DNA of 64,000 nt from Leptonemataceae bacterium (GCA_965227295.1 OZ245742.1:3584001-3648000); one strand, 5' to 3'; shown: positions 1 through 9,402, counted from the first letter of the stretch. The notes: a model not told the origin generated them from the letters alone. Made by a program: numbers and translations.

Positions 1-467
1 ACTTTCACGATCACGGCCTGGACCCGAACGATCCCGAGGACGTCTTCAAAGCGACGGAATCCATGCGTGGTCGCCTGGACGAGGCCTGGATCAAAAAGTA
101 TGGAGCGCTGGCGAAGGATCTGGGGCACGTCACGTCGGTGCGCATTCATCACGAACCGGCCGGCCTGCGGATCGAAGTCAAAAATCCTGCTATGCGTTCC
201 AGCGAAGAAGAGCGCGTGCGTCGCCGCCTGGCTCGCGGCATGCAGTACGACGATCTGGTCACTTTCTATATGGAGCACGGCGATCAAACCGAGGGCGAGG
301 GCCTGGGGTTGATGATGGTCCTGCTGTTACTCAAGGCCGAGGGCGTGAACCCGCATTATTTTCGCATGGGTGTTGTCGACGATCGTACGATGGCGCGCAT
401 TGAGATTCCCTTCACCGGCGATTTTCAAAGCGTGCGCGGCCCCGATCCGGCCGGGCATAAACGTTAG
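1..467 (+). CDS. Histidine-kinase/GHKL-like ATPase-domain protein, 5' end outside the window
   Basis: Frame is open back to the window start; GEGLGL G2-box-like motif followed by a TMARIEIP terminal strand. Confidence 0.55.
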   Translation, partial: FHDHGLDPNDPEDVFKATESMRGRLDEAWIKKYGALAKDLGHVTSVRIHHEPAGLRIEVKNPAMRSSEEERVRRRLARGMQYDDLVTFYMEHGDQTEGEGLGLMMVLLLLKAEGVNPHYFRMGVVDDRTMARIEIPFTGDFQSVRGPDPAGHKR

Positions 468-1541
468 CTCCGCAAGCAGCTCCGCACACGTCGGCGCCCG
501 GCCTTCGTTCAACGCATACCGCTCGAACCACGTTTCATAGCGCACGGCCTCGCCGTCTGCCCCGCGCGACCGCGATAGATACGGATCCCGGCAAACGGTG
601 CGGACCCGCGTGACGCCGCCCGCGTGTGAAACCGCATACAACCCGAATAACTTCCAGCCGCCCACATGATGGACCAACACGTCCGGTACGTTCCCCGATG
701 TAGCGCGCAGATTCGCGAGCATCAACCGAAACTGTTCGTCCGAGGTGTACGCATCTTCAATCGCATTCGAAAGATAGACAATGCGCCGCCGATCGTCCGG
801 TTGCGCGAACGCCGCGTCATGCAGCGCCGCGAGTTCCAGTTGAATCGAATCGAACAACTCCGCGTTCACCGTGGCCTGAAACTCCGGCAGTACCGTTGCG
901 CAGTACTCCTGCTGGATCGAACGGCAGAGATACTTCAGCCGGGCCGGCGCCCGCCGGGCGCGTGTGTCGGGAAATCCGAACGCCGGGTAGGCCAGTTCCA
1001 CGCCCGCGAGTACGGCATCCTGCGCGGCGGCGTTCGCCCGTGCAAAGCGGCCGGCGCGAAAGGATTGCAGCAGTTCATGATGCACGGCATGGATGCGCCA
1101 ATCGATATCCAGCATCGTTAACGATGTACAGCCGAGTTCACTGTGCATAATGTAGGGTTGCAACAGGCCCACGCTGTAACAATCAAAGCGGTCGCCGGTG
1201 TAGAGACGGCGGAGCAACCGGAAGTCGCGGTCCGGTCGGTAGTCGTTCATTTCGTAGAAGTTCCGACAGCCGCCGCGCAGGGCCGTGAGATCGTTGCGTT
1301 GCAATGCAACCGTACAGTACGCGTCGTCGGCATGGGCGTCAAGGCGCGCAAAGAGCGTGTCCAGTTCCTCATTCGCATAGCGCTCGCGATCAAAAACCGT
1401 TGCAAACTCCGCGCGATGCACGGACGATACGCGCAGGCTCCAGCCGTCCGAGCGTGATGATCCCGTGAGGTTTCCGAAGGCCGCGCAGTTCAAGCAGTAC
1501 AGAGCCATGCCCGCAATGAAACGAGTCCGTAAACGCAACAC
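327..1541 (-). CDS. Hypothetical exported protein / possible lipoprotein
   Basis: Long ORF with signal-like N-terminus (LRTRFIAGMALYCLNC); start uncertain; 3' end overlaps the previous gene. Confidence 0.55.
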   Translation of the reverse strand: MLRLRTRFIAGMALYCLNCAAFGNLTGSSRSDGWSLRVSSVHRAEFATVFDRERYANEELDTLFARLDAHADDAYCTVALQRNDLTALRGGCRNFYEMNDYRPDRDFRLLRRLYTGDRFDCYSVGLLQPYIMHSELGCTSLTMLDIDWRIHAVHHELLQSFRAGRFARANAAAQDAVLAGVELAYPAFGFPDTRARRAPARLKYLCRSIQQEYCATVLPEFQATVNAELFDSIQLELAALHDAAFAQPDDRRRIVYLSNAIEDAYTSDEQFRLMLANLRATSGNVPDVLVHHVGGWKLFGLYAVSHAGGVTRVRTVCRDPYLSRSRGADGEAVRYETWFERYALNEGRAPTCAELLAELTFMPGRIGAAHALKIAGEGNLNARHRTIVDNTHAKIMRVHALGLE

Positions 1542-2664
1542 ATCTACCGGTATCCTGCGATGGATCGTGTGTGCAAGCCTTCCGATGATGTACGCCGGAC
1601 TCATGGCGGCCTGCAATCCTGCCGCGGAGCCTGCAGACGACAACGCGACTTTCCTCGAAGAGCTGACCGTCGTCGATTTGCACAACGATCGTTCGTTCTT
1701 TTTGAGCGCGGCGCAAATTCCCTGGAAGGATTGCAGCCGCACACAAATCTGCGCGAGCCGCTACGCCCGCGATCAGTACGTCTTTTCCATCTTTCGGCCG
1801 CCGCTGCCGCTGTCCGGCGGGCGCTTTCGTCTCACGAACGCTCAAGCACAACGCATGAACGCGATGAGCCACCACGAGTATGTGCGGCACGCCATCGAGG
1901 AGTTGCGCAGTGCCTCGGGTCTGCCGGTACTGTACGATCGCGATGAGCGTGATGCGGGGCTGTTGTTCGGCATCGAAGGCGCTTTTTTGCTGAGTGACGG
2001 CCCGGGGCAACAGCCGCCGTCCATGGAACGCCTGGAAACGATGATCCGGGAACTAAAAAGCCTCGGCGTCGTTTACGTCGGCATCGTCTGGTCCAACGAA
2101 AACGCTTACGCCGGTGTCGCCGGCACGGATCGGGGGCTCACCGGGCGTGGGCGTAATCTCGTGCGTCTGTTGATCCGCCACGGTGTCCTCATCGACCTTT
2201 CCCACGCCTCGGATGCCGCGGTACAGGACGTCTACGAGCTCACCGGCGGCTATTATCCGCTGTTTTTCTCGCATTCTTCGGCGCGATCCGTATGTGATCA
2301 TCCCCGCAACGTATCCGCGGCGCAGCTCCGCCTGGTTCGCGAGACGAACGGCCTCGTCGGCGTAAACTTCCACGTCCCATACATTAGCTGCGGGAAAACG
2401 GCCCGGCGCGGGGACGTGGTTCGACACATTCAGGCGATTGTGGACGGGGCCGGGGTCGAGCATGCGGCCTTCGGCGGCGATTTTGACGGGCTGATTCGCC
2501 TCCCCGAAGGTCTGGAAAGGCCCGCGGATGTGCGCCAACTCGCCGGAGAGCTGCTGGAGAGCGGATATAGCCGTACAGATGTCGAAAACATTGCGTTCCG
2601 GAACTTTCACCGGCTGCGTGATCGCATTCGTACGATTGACGAAGGTATTATAGCGGAAGAGTGA
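1516..2664 (+). CDS. Membrane dipeptidase (peptidase M19), probable lipoprotein
   Basis: DLHND, IEG, IDLSH, SHS, HPRN and GGDFDG motifs; LMAAC lipobox-like; start uncertain. Confidence 0.85.
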   Translation: MKRVRKRNTSTGILRWIVCASLPMMYAGLMAACNPAAEPADDNATFLEELTVVDLHNDRSFFLSAAQIPWKDCSRTQICASRYARDQYVFSIFRPPLPLSGGRFRLTNAQAQRMNAMSHHEYVRHAIEELRSASGLPVLYDRDERDAGLLFGIEGAFLLSDGPGQQPPSMERLETMIRELKSLGVVYVGIVWSNENAYAGVAGTDRGLTGRGRNLVRLLIRHGVLIDLSHASDAAVQDVYELTGGYYPLFFSHSSARSVCDHPRNVSAAQLRLVRETNGLVGVNFHVPYISCGKTARRGDVVRHIQAIVDGAGVEHAAFGGDFDGLIRLPEGLERPADVRQLAGELLESGYSRTDVENIAFRNFHRLRDRIRTIDEGIIAEE

Positions 2665-2665
2665 T

Positions 2666-4012
2666 CTAGATTTCTACGCCGCGCCACTCCCCGGAACGAA
2701 ACTTACGGCCGAAAATCAGCGAGAGCAGGGCGATCCACACCGCAATGCCCGACCAGAGCCCGGCCGAATCGTAGCCGAGATACACGCCGAAGAAGTAGGC
2801 CGTCGGCAGCATGATCATAAACGAACAGAAGGCGTACACCGCCAGCACCCAGTATACGATGCCCGCGCTGCGCAACGCCGCCGCCATGACCATATGATAT
2901 CCGTCCGCGCCCTGCACGAGGGATACAATGATCAACGCGGGCAACGCTTCTGCGAGGACGCGGGCATCGTCCGTAAACGCCCACAAGAGCGGCCGTCCGA
3001 AGATAATAAACAGCATTCCCATGCCGGTCATAAGCAAGACCGCAAAGAGCGCCGCGCGCTGCACGCCGAAACGTGCCTCGCGATGCTTGCCGGCCGCCAC
3101 GGCCTGGCCGAGAATCGTCGTGGCCGCCACCGAAAAACCGAAGCCGGGCATAAACGAAAGACTCAACAACGACACGATGATGCCCGTAACCGCGACGGAA
3201 TTTGTGCTGATCATGTCCGCGAGCACGTAAAAGAGCGTGAATGACACATTCATGAGGAAGTTGTCGAGGGCCGGAGCAAAGCCGACGTAAGAAATTTCTC
3301 GAACAACGTTCCATTCGAAGCCGAAACCTGCGCGAATCGCCGAACGAAACGGTTGTTGAAACAAGAACACCAACTCGATCAACAAGCCAGGGATACTTGC
3401 CAGGCTCGATGCCATGGCCGCACCGTCCGTTCCATACGCGGAAAAGCCGAGATTGCCGTAAATCAGCACCCAATTGCCGAAAATATTCGCAATCATCGTC
3501 GCAACGGCGCCGTACAGCCCGATTTCGGTGCGTCCGGCACCGTCAAAGAAGGCGCGCACCACAAAAACGAGGAAATACGGCACAATTCCGAGAAAGCGAA
3601 TGCGTACGAAGTCAATGGCGGTGCCGCTGTACTCTTCCTGACGGCTCAGTAACGCAATGATGCCTTCCGCATTCGCAACGGCGAACCATTGCACAATACC
3701 ACCAATGAGCAGTGCGAGTATGATTCCCGTAACGAGAATACGTCCCGCGGCTGCGTAATTTGCCGCACCGAAACGCCGCGCCACGATGATTTGCACACCG
3801 AAGCTTGCGCCCATAAAAAACGCGAGGATCGCCCAGAAAACCATGCCGCCGAGACTCGTTGCAGCAAGTGCGGGCGCACCCAGACGACCGACCATCAAAG
3901 CGTCGGTTATCATGATCGCCGTTTGTGTGACCATTGCTGCCGTTACCGGCAATGAAATACGCCACACCAGCCGATTCAAAGGGCTCATGCGCACGAAACG
4001 ATGCAGATCCAT
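2666..4012 (-). CDS. MATE family efflux transporter
   Basis: About 12 hydrophobic segments; DALMVGRLG, N..LIYG..G and PGFGFSVAAT motifs. Confidence 0.9.
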   Translation of the reverse strand: MDLHRFVRMSPLNRLVWRISLPVTAAMVTQTAIMITDALMVGRLGAPALAATSLGGMVFWAILAFFMGASFGVQIIVARRFGAANYAAAGRILVTGIILALLIGGIVQWFAVANAEGIIALLSRQEEYSGTAIDFVRIRFLGIVPYFLVFVVRAFFDGAGRTEIGLYGAVATMIANIFGNWVLIYGNLGFSAYGTDGAAMASSLASIPGLLIELVFLFQQPFRSAIRAGFGFEWNVVREISYVGFAPALDNFLMNVSFTLFYVLADMISTNSVAVTGIIVSLLSLSFMPGFGFSVAATTILGQAVAAGKHREARFGVQRAALFAVLLMTGMGMLFIIFGRPLLWAFTDDARVLAEALPALIIVSLVQGADGYHMVMAAALRSAGIVYWVLAVYAFCSFMIMLPTAYFFGVYLGYDSAGLWSGIAVWIALLSLIFGRKFRSGEWRGVEI

Positions 4013-4452
4013 ACGCCTGTCAGAAGATTTTGGAGCTCTATACTGTCACTCGAAAGAGATTAAGCGCGATGAACGTGGTAGTTTTTTACACGAACGGACG
4101 CAAACGCGAAGGTTGATTACACCGCTGTGATGCGTAACGCGCGCCGGAACATCTTTAGTCGGCGTAAGAAAAAAAGTTTTGAACTACGGCTCTTCCCATG
4201 CATCACTTGAGTCGATAAACGGTATCGAGATGAAGAAAAATATCGCAAAGGCGCGGTGTTTAAAATTTTTGTTGTAAAAAAATCCGGCATTTAGGAATAT
4301 TATGTCTACTTGCGTTTTTGGGCGATTTTCGGCGCCGGAATCGGTCTTCGGATCGGGAAAGGACTCACGCGGAGAATGCGTCGGAAATGCAAAGTCGAAA
4401 GACTATGAGTTTTCCTTTAACAGCCGTAAACTCAGGAAAACAGGTGTAAAGC

Positions 4453-4755
4453 ATGGCGAAGAAGAAAGCTAAGAAGAAGACCAAAAAGAAGGTCGCCAAG
4501 AAGAAGAAAAAGGTGACCAAAAAAAAGGCTAAGAAAAAAGCCAAAAAGAAGGCCAAGAAAAAGGCCAAAAAGAAAGTAAAGAAAAAAGCCAAAAAAAAGG
4601 CTAAGAAAAAGGCTAAAAAGAAAGCCAAGAAAAAAGCCAAAAAAAAGGCTAAGAAAAAGGCTAAAAAGAAAGCCAAGAAAAAAGCCAAAAAGAAGACCAC
4701 GCGGAAGAAGACCGCAAGAAAATCACAGCCCGCAGCGGGCTCTCTGCTTTTCTAA
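4453..4755 (+). CDS. Lys/Ala-rich histone H1-like protein
   Basis: 100 aa of KKKA repeats; CAGGTG RBS-like upstream; hairpin terminator downstream. Confidence 0.75.
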   Translation: MAKKKAKKKTKKKVAKKKKKVTKKKAKKKAKKKAKKKAKKKVKKKAKKKAKKKAKKKAKKKAKKKAKKKAKKKAKKKAKKKTTRKKTARKSQPAAGSLLF

Positions 4756-4781
4756 CGGTCGAAGCCGTGTTCTCGGCGTCG

Positions 4782-4830
4782 AACGGGTGCTGAGGAGACG
4801 TTTTTCGTCTTTTCGGCACCCCGTTTTCTT
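4782..4830 (+). terminator. Probable intrinsic terminator of the histone-like gene
   Basis: aacgggtgctgaggagacg / cgtcttttcggcaccccgtt stem followed by a T-rich tail. Confidence 0.6.
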
Positions 4831-4865
4831 GCTTTCGGTGCGAGAAGTCTCTTCGAGGCAGCTTC

Positions 4866-5924
4866 ATGCACCCATTTCGTTCCGTTTTTTCACTGATTAC
4901 TGGAATCTTCGTGTTTCTGGCCGCTTGTGGTGGCAGTGAGGGCAACGAGGGTCATTCCGGTCCTTCCTCTCTCGATCGAATCTACACCATTACCCCGGTT
5001 GAACTGCGTCGGGAGCCCCGATCCTACGCCTTTGAGCAGGCTGTCCTGCTGGAATTCTCCTCCGATTTTCCGGAAATCCGTCTCTTTGAGTGGACTCGCG
5101 CGCAGAATCCACGGAGTTACCAGGCCGAACAGCGCGGTTTCTTCTATAGTTATCTACGCGGCTTTCGGGAAATGCCCGCCGCAGGCCCCGTTCCAATCCC
5201 CGAACAACCGGCCTACGGCGATGTCCGCAATCCCATTGATTCAGAACATCTCCGCGGATTCGGCGATCCGCGCTCCGGTTGGCGTCTGGAAGTCCGGGGC
5301 ATGGGCCTTGAGATGGGGGCGTTCGGTCGTGACTATGAGGTCCAGGCCTCTCCCATGGGTCTATTGCGCACAGAAGAAAAGGGGCTCGCTGAGTATCGTG
5401 TTTATACGGGAGCCGCAGTGCGCCAGGATCGCGGCGAGCGCCACGGAGCTTTGCTCTGGTTCGAAAGCATGTATCTACCGGCGGTGAACCCGTTTGAGTC
5501 ACTGGAGGTGGGGGCGGCGCTTACGGGCGGGCACACGCAGTTCTGGCTCTACGTTCCGAAGGTCCGTTCGGTTCTGTTTCTTGACATCGGTGAGAACGAT
5601 GTACTCGCACCGCTCGTTGCGTTGAATACGGGCGTTCGTCTGGAAGTGAGCGACGAGGGCGGCCGCGTGCGCCAGCTGGAAGCACTGAGCCTGGACGTGA
5701 GTGATCGACGCGGGGATGAGCGTGGTGAGCGCTGGCCGGCAGCCTGGGAGGGCAGCATCGCAAGTGACGGTGAGTGCAAGACGACCCTCGAAGAGATCCA
5801 CGGCACGAGTTTTTACAGCCTGGCGCGCGGTCGCTCCCGGCTGGCGTCATTGCGCGGCCGAATTGAGTGCGAGGGCGAGAGCTTTCGCGTCACGGGCTTT
5901 GCCCGCAGTTGGCCGGAACCCTGA
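4866..5924 (+). CDS. Hypothetical lipoprotein
   Basis: Lipobox FLAAC; 352-aa ORF directly upstream of the esterase. Confidence 0.7.
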   Translation: MHPFRSVFSLITGIFVFLAACGGSEGNEGHSGPSSLDRIYTITPVELRREPRSYAFEQAVLLEFSSDFPEIRLFEWTRAQNPRSYQAEQRGFFYSYLRGFREMPAAGPVPIPEQPAYGDVRNPIDSEHLRGFGDPRSGWRLEVRGMGLEMGAFGRDYEVQASPMGLLRTEEKGLAEYRVYTGAAVRQDRGERHGALLWFESMYLPAVNPFESLEVGAALTGGHTQFWLYVPKVRSVLFLDIGENDVLAPLVALNTGVRLEVSDEGGRVRQLEALSLDVSDRRGDERGERWPAAWEGSIASDGECKTTLEEIHGTSFYSLARGRSRLASLRGRIECEGESFRVTGFARSWPEP

Positions 5925-5930
5925 ATCATC

Positions 5931-6569
5931 ATGCATTATGTTTATCTACACGGATTCTGTTCCGGAGCGCAATCCTACAAGGGCGTCTACTTTGCCGAAC
6001 GCCTGGCCGAGCAGGGACATACCCTGCATCTGCCCGATCTAAACGACGGGGACTTCGAACATCTTACGATCAGTCGTGAATTGGAAGTGCTGCACCGCAC
6101 GATCGAAGCACTGCCGCCGGGGGATGTGACGCTCTTTGGATCGTCTCTGGGCGGATTCGTTTCGTCGCTGTACGCCCGGGAGCATTCGCGCGTGAAGGCC
6201 CTGGTCTTGCTCGCCCCGGCCTTTCAGTTTCTGCGCCGGAACCTGCGCATTCGCGGAAAGCTGTTCTTCGATGAATGGGAACGCCGGGGCACGCGGGATT
6301 TTTATCACCACGCATACGACGAAGACCGGCCGCTGCACTACGGCATCGTCGAGGATGCGCAACAGTACGATGACATTCCCGTGGGGGAGCATCAAATCCC
6401 GGCGTTAATCCTGCAGGGACTCTACGACCAGGATGTTCCACCGGAAACCGCGATGGAGTATCATCGCCAGAATCGCGCTTCGGAGCTGGTGTTGTTGCAC
6501 TCGGACCACCGGCTCACCGACGTCCTGGCCGTTCTCTGGCGCCATACCCGCGGTTTTCTGGGACTCTGA
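5931..6569 (+). CDS. YqiA/YcfP-family alpha/beta hydrolase (esterase)
   Basis: YLHGFxS and GSSLGG motifs, C-terminal DH. Confidence 0.9.
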   Translation: MHYVYLHGFCSGAQSYKGVYFAERLAEQGHTLHLPDLNDGDFEHLTISRELEVLHRTIEALPPGDVTLFGSSLGGFVSSLYAREHSRVKALVLLAPAFQFLRRNLRIRGKLFFDEWERRGTRDFYHHAYDEDRPLHYGIVEDAQQYDDIPVGEHQIPALILQGLYDQDVPPETAMEYHRQNRASELVLLHSDHRLTDVLAVLWRHTRGFLGL

Positions 6570-6622
6570 TCCGCATATTTTTACTTTGCAGATTCCTGGT
6601 GCCGTGCCGTAGTCTACCGGCC

Positions 6623-6958
6623 ATGACGGAACGCGAGCCTATCGATCTGCAAAAGCACCGCCTGGCGCGGGAGCTGGAGGGCGAACTGGGCGGTCTGTTC
6701 GGCATTGACCGGGCCGACATTGAAAGTGCGATTGAGCGGCTGTGGGGAGATATCTCCCGCGGCGAATACAATGAACGCGCCCGGTTGAATCGCATTCCCG
6801 AGTCCCTCCAGCGCGTGATCCATTGTCTGGACGTCGTTTACGAAAGCGCCCGGGCGGCGCTGCGTGACGAAGACGACGAAAGTTTCACCCACGTCCTGGA
6901 ACTCGTCGAAAACTACCAGAAACGTATCTCTCGCCTCAGGAACGATCATTCCGATTGA
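6623..6958 (+). CDS. Hypothetical protein
   Basis: Helical charged ORF with host-like codon usage. Confidence 0.6.
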   Translation: MTEREPIDLQKHRLARELEGELGGLFGIDRADIESAIERLWGDISRGEYNERARLNRIPESLQRVIHCLDVVYESARAALRDEDDESFTHVLELVENYQKRISRLRNDHSD

Positions 6959-7041
6959 ACCGATCTCCATTTCTGTTCGTCGTACCAACGTATCGCGCCG
7001 CACAACGGTGCTCCCCCACGGAGGGGGGAAGGAGGTACGCT

Positions 7042-7383
7042 ATGACCTTAATGCCATTGACGACCGTAAGTTCGGAGAACCGTCGCCGTCGTACGGCCGC
7101 GCGCCGCGGGCGTATAGATCGCTATCGTCGCCGCTACGACCGCTGGATGCGCCGCGTCCACCGGCTGGCCGTGGGCACCGCCGTTCTGTTGTGGCTGTCT
7201 CTTGCGGGAACGCTCCTCGTTTTCTTATCGTTGGAGTTGCGCCAGTGGTCCACGCTGCTCGCCCTCTTCGCCGCGTCTCTCGTGGGCCCGTACATCGTTT
7301 CAATGATTGTGGAGTCGGTCCTGGCCGGGATTGTCCGGGCCCTGTTCAAACCGTACGTACCCCACGCCGCCCGGTTGCGATAA
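7042..7383 (+). CDS. Small membrane protein
   Basis: Strong AAGGAGG RBS before ATG 7042; two TM-like segments. Confidence 0.6.
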   Translation: MTLMPLTTVSSENRRRRTAARRGRIDRYRRRYDRWMRRVHRLAVGTAVLLWLSLAGTLLVFLSLELRQWSTLLALFAASLVGPYIVSMIVESVLAGIVRALFKPYVPHAARLR

Positions 7384-7393
7384 TCGGCGGCGT

Positions 7394-8191
7394 TTACTTC
7401 ACCTCGTTCAATCCCCAATCATAGGACAGGTACTCCAGTTCCACGTTCCCCCGGTTCGCGCGGAGGTCTGTTTGCACGTCCGGGGCGAGGTACGGCAGGA
7501 TCACATCGATGATCGCGGACTCCGGCGCCCCGGGATCCTTTACAAAATCTTCGCGGTACCAATCGAGAATCTTTGATACATACAGCGTACGGGATGTCGC
7601 GTCGTAGCGAGAGTAGCGCGGGTCACGCAGCCAGGCTTGCATTTGATCGTCGAGCTGTGCATCGAGGCGCGGGCCCTCGTAGGCTTCATGGCGGAGCGGC
7701 GGGCAACCGACGGACGCGCAATTGATGGCGCCGTGATGGCGAAAGTCCTGGTAGACCGGCCGCAGGATTTCGTGTTCCACATCGTCCAGGGTGTAGCGTT
7801 GGTCGTGAATGGGAAACTCCCAGGTCCGCCAGATCGTGCGGCCGAAAACGACGCCGAGGTAGAGGCTGCCGAACAAATGCAGCTCGTTGATGCTGTCCAC
7901 GCGTTCGTTGTCGGCGATGAGCTTGAGGGTATGGGCGTTGTAGACGTTCAACCAGAAGGCGATGCGATCGTTGCCGTCCAGGGACGTCGGGTCCGTGGAG
8001 GCGAGTTGGGCGATGTAGTGTTCCAGGCGCGGATCCTCCTGGAGCGCGCCGTAGTCTTTCACAAAGCCATGCGCGAGGTGATCCTGCAGAAGTTCGGTAA
8101 ACAGGGCGTGCCGATCGCCGATCGCGGAAGCAGGAGTAGCTGCGAGTGCGAGGAAGGCTCCGGCGAGGACGACGCGGATCAGGTGGGGCAT
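7394..8191 (-). CDS. DUF547 domain protein
   Basis: AFWLNVYNA, LDDVEHEILR, NCASVGCPPL, SKILDWY and YDWGLN motifs. Confidence 0.9.
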   Translation of the reverse strand: MPHLIRVVLAGAFLALAATPASAIGDRHALFTELLQDHLAHGFVKDYGALQEDPRLEHYIAQLASTDPTSLDGNDRIAFWLNVYNAHTLKLIADNERVDSINELHLFGSLYLGVVFGRTIWRTWEFPIHDQRYTLDDVEHEILRPVYQDFRHHGAINCASVGCPPLRHEAYEGPRLDAQLDDQMQAWLRDPRYSRYDATSRTLYVSKILDWYREDFVKDPGAPESAIIDVILPYLAPDVQTDLRANRGNVELEYLSYDWGLNEVK

Positions 8192-8298
8192 GGGAATCTC
8201 CGCTGTTTTAGTAGGTTACTCACCGTGACGGTTACGCCGGGACCGAAATTTCCGCTGGATTTTCTCCGGTTTCTGGTTATCCTGAGTGTATGGCCTAC

Positions 8299-8517
8299 AT
8301 GGCAGTCGGTTCCAGGCAAATCCTCTTCTCGGACACCGCGGCCCCCGCCGCGTCCCGGGACGATATCCGCGAAGTCGCCAACGTCAGCGACAACACCCAG
8401 GCAGAAGCTTCTACACCCGCGGCCACCCCGCAGCCGGAAAACCAACCGGCCACGCCGCCGCCTGCCGCCCCGCCTGCCGCGGGCGATCCCGGTTTCAATC
8501 TCGACGTGTCCGCGTAA
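8299..8517 (+). CDS. Small Ala/Pro-rich protein with GxNLDVxA C-terminus
   Basis: Low-complexity linker; the C-terminus resembles YjfB-type small motility-associated proteins. Confidence 0.5.
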   Translation: MAVGSRQILFSDTAAPAASRDDIREVANVSDNTQAEASTPAATPQPENQPATPPPAAPPAAGDPGFNLDVSA

Positions 8518-8520
8518 ACC

Positions 8521-9385
8521 CGGAAACCCGTTACGAACCGCGGCTTTTGAACTACGGGAAAGTTTTTGTTTGTTCAAGCACGCCCCGAATCGTGGAATCT
8601 GGATTAAGACTTTTATGGGTACAACTGGTTCCAGCTCACGAGCGGAGGTCAGGCAGGGGAACATGGTAAGGCGGACCGGAACGGCGTCTTCGCCGCAAGA
8701 ATCGCTATGGTAGCTGAGTCGCACAACCAGCGTCCGGGTCGAACGCAGCATACTTCACAAAACGAAACTCCACAACTCCCGCTCAGCTGTAGCCAAAAAA
8801 ATGGCATTTCACGGTTGCGCAACTTACCTTGTGTGTCTCACGGCAACGTGAGCGAACCGCGACTCTTGAACTCCGGGTAAAGCTCGGGTGATTCGTAAAC
8901 GCCCCGAATCTTGGTGTAAGTTGAGGCCAGTCTGGGTTAAGACTTGTATGGGTACAACTGGTTCCAGCTCACGAGCGGAGGTTATGCCGGGGAACGTGGT
9001 AAGGCGGACCGAAACGGCGTCTTCGCCGTAAGAAACGCTACGATATTCCGAACCGCACAACCAGCGTCCGGGTCGAGGCGGACAATCTCAGCAAAACGAA
9101 TCACCACAACTCCCGCTTCGCTGTAGCCAAATCAACCACCCCTTCACGATTGCGCAACTTACCTTCTGTGTCTCACGGTAAACGCCACGAAACACAGCTC
9201 TTGAACTACCGGAAACGTTTTATTCGTTTGCACACGCCCCCGAATCGTGGTGTAAGTAGCGGCCAACGTAAATTAAGCCTTTTATGGGTACGGCTGGTTC
9301 CAGCTGACGCGCGGAGGTTATGCCGGGGAACGTGGTAAGGCGGACCGGAACGGCGTCTTCGCCGCAAGAAACGCAATGGTAGCCG
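8521..9385. repeat. Non-coding tandem array of diverged ~320-335 bp units (A 8521-8840, B 8841-9175, C 9176-9385 partial)
   Basis: Blocks TTGAACT, ACGCCCC, TATGGGTAC, CTGGTTCCAGCT, TGGTAAGGCGGACCG and AACGGCGTCTTCGCCG recur in all three copies; CGCACAACCAGCGTCCGGGTCGA and TTGCGCAACTTACCTT recur in A and B. Confidence 0.9.
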
Positions 9386-9402
9386 CATCGTATAAGTGAG
9401 AT

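Noticed and set aside
4365..4700. Phe/Leu/Ala-repeat membrane ORF
   Set aside because: Antisense shadow of the Lys-rich gene.
7637..8713. 358-aa plus-strand ORF
   Set aside because: Antisense shadow of the DUF547 gene running into intergenic and repeat DNA; typical of high-GC sequence.
8944..9126. Small peptide YGYNWFQLTSGG... encoded by the repeat
   Set aside because: A few synonymous-looking changes exist, but only copy B has a start codon, an in-frame TAA directly precedes it in all copies, and the ends are not conserved.
8521..9385. CRISPR array or DGR template/variable repeat pair
   Set aside because: No constant 23-50-nt repeat with regular spacers and no cas genes; differences are not confined to adenines and no reverse transcriptase is present.
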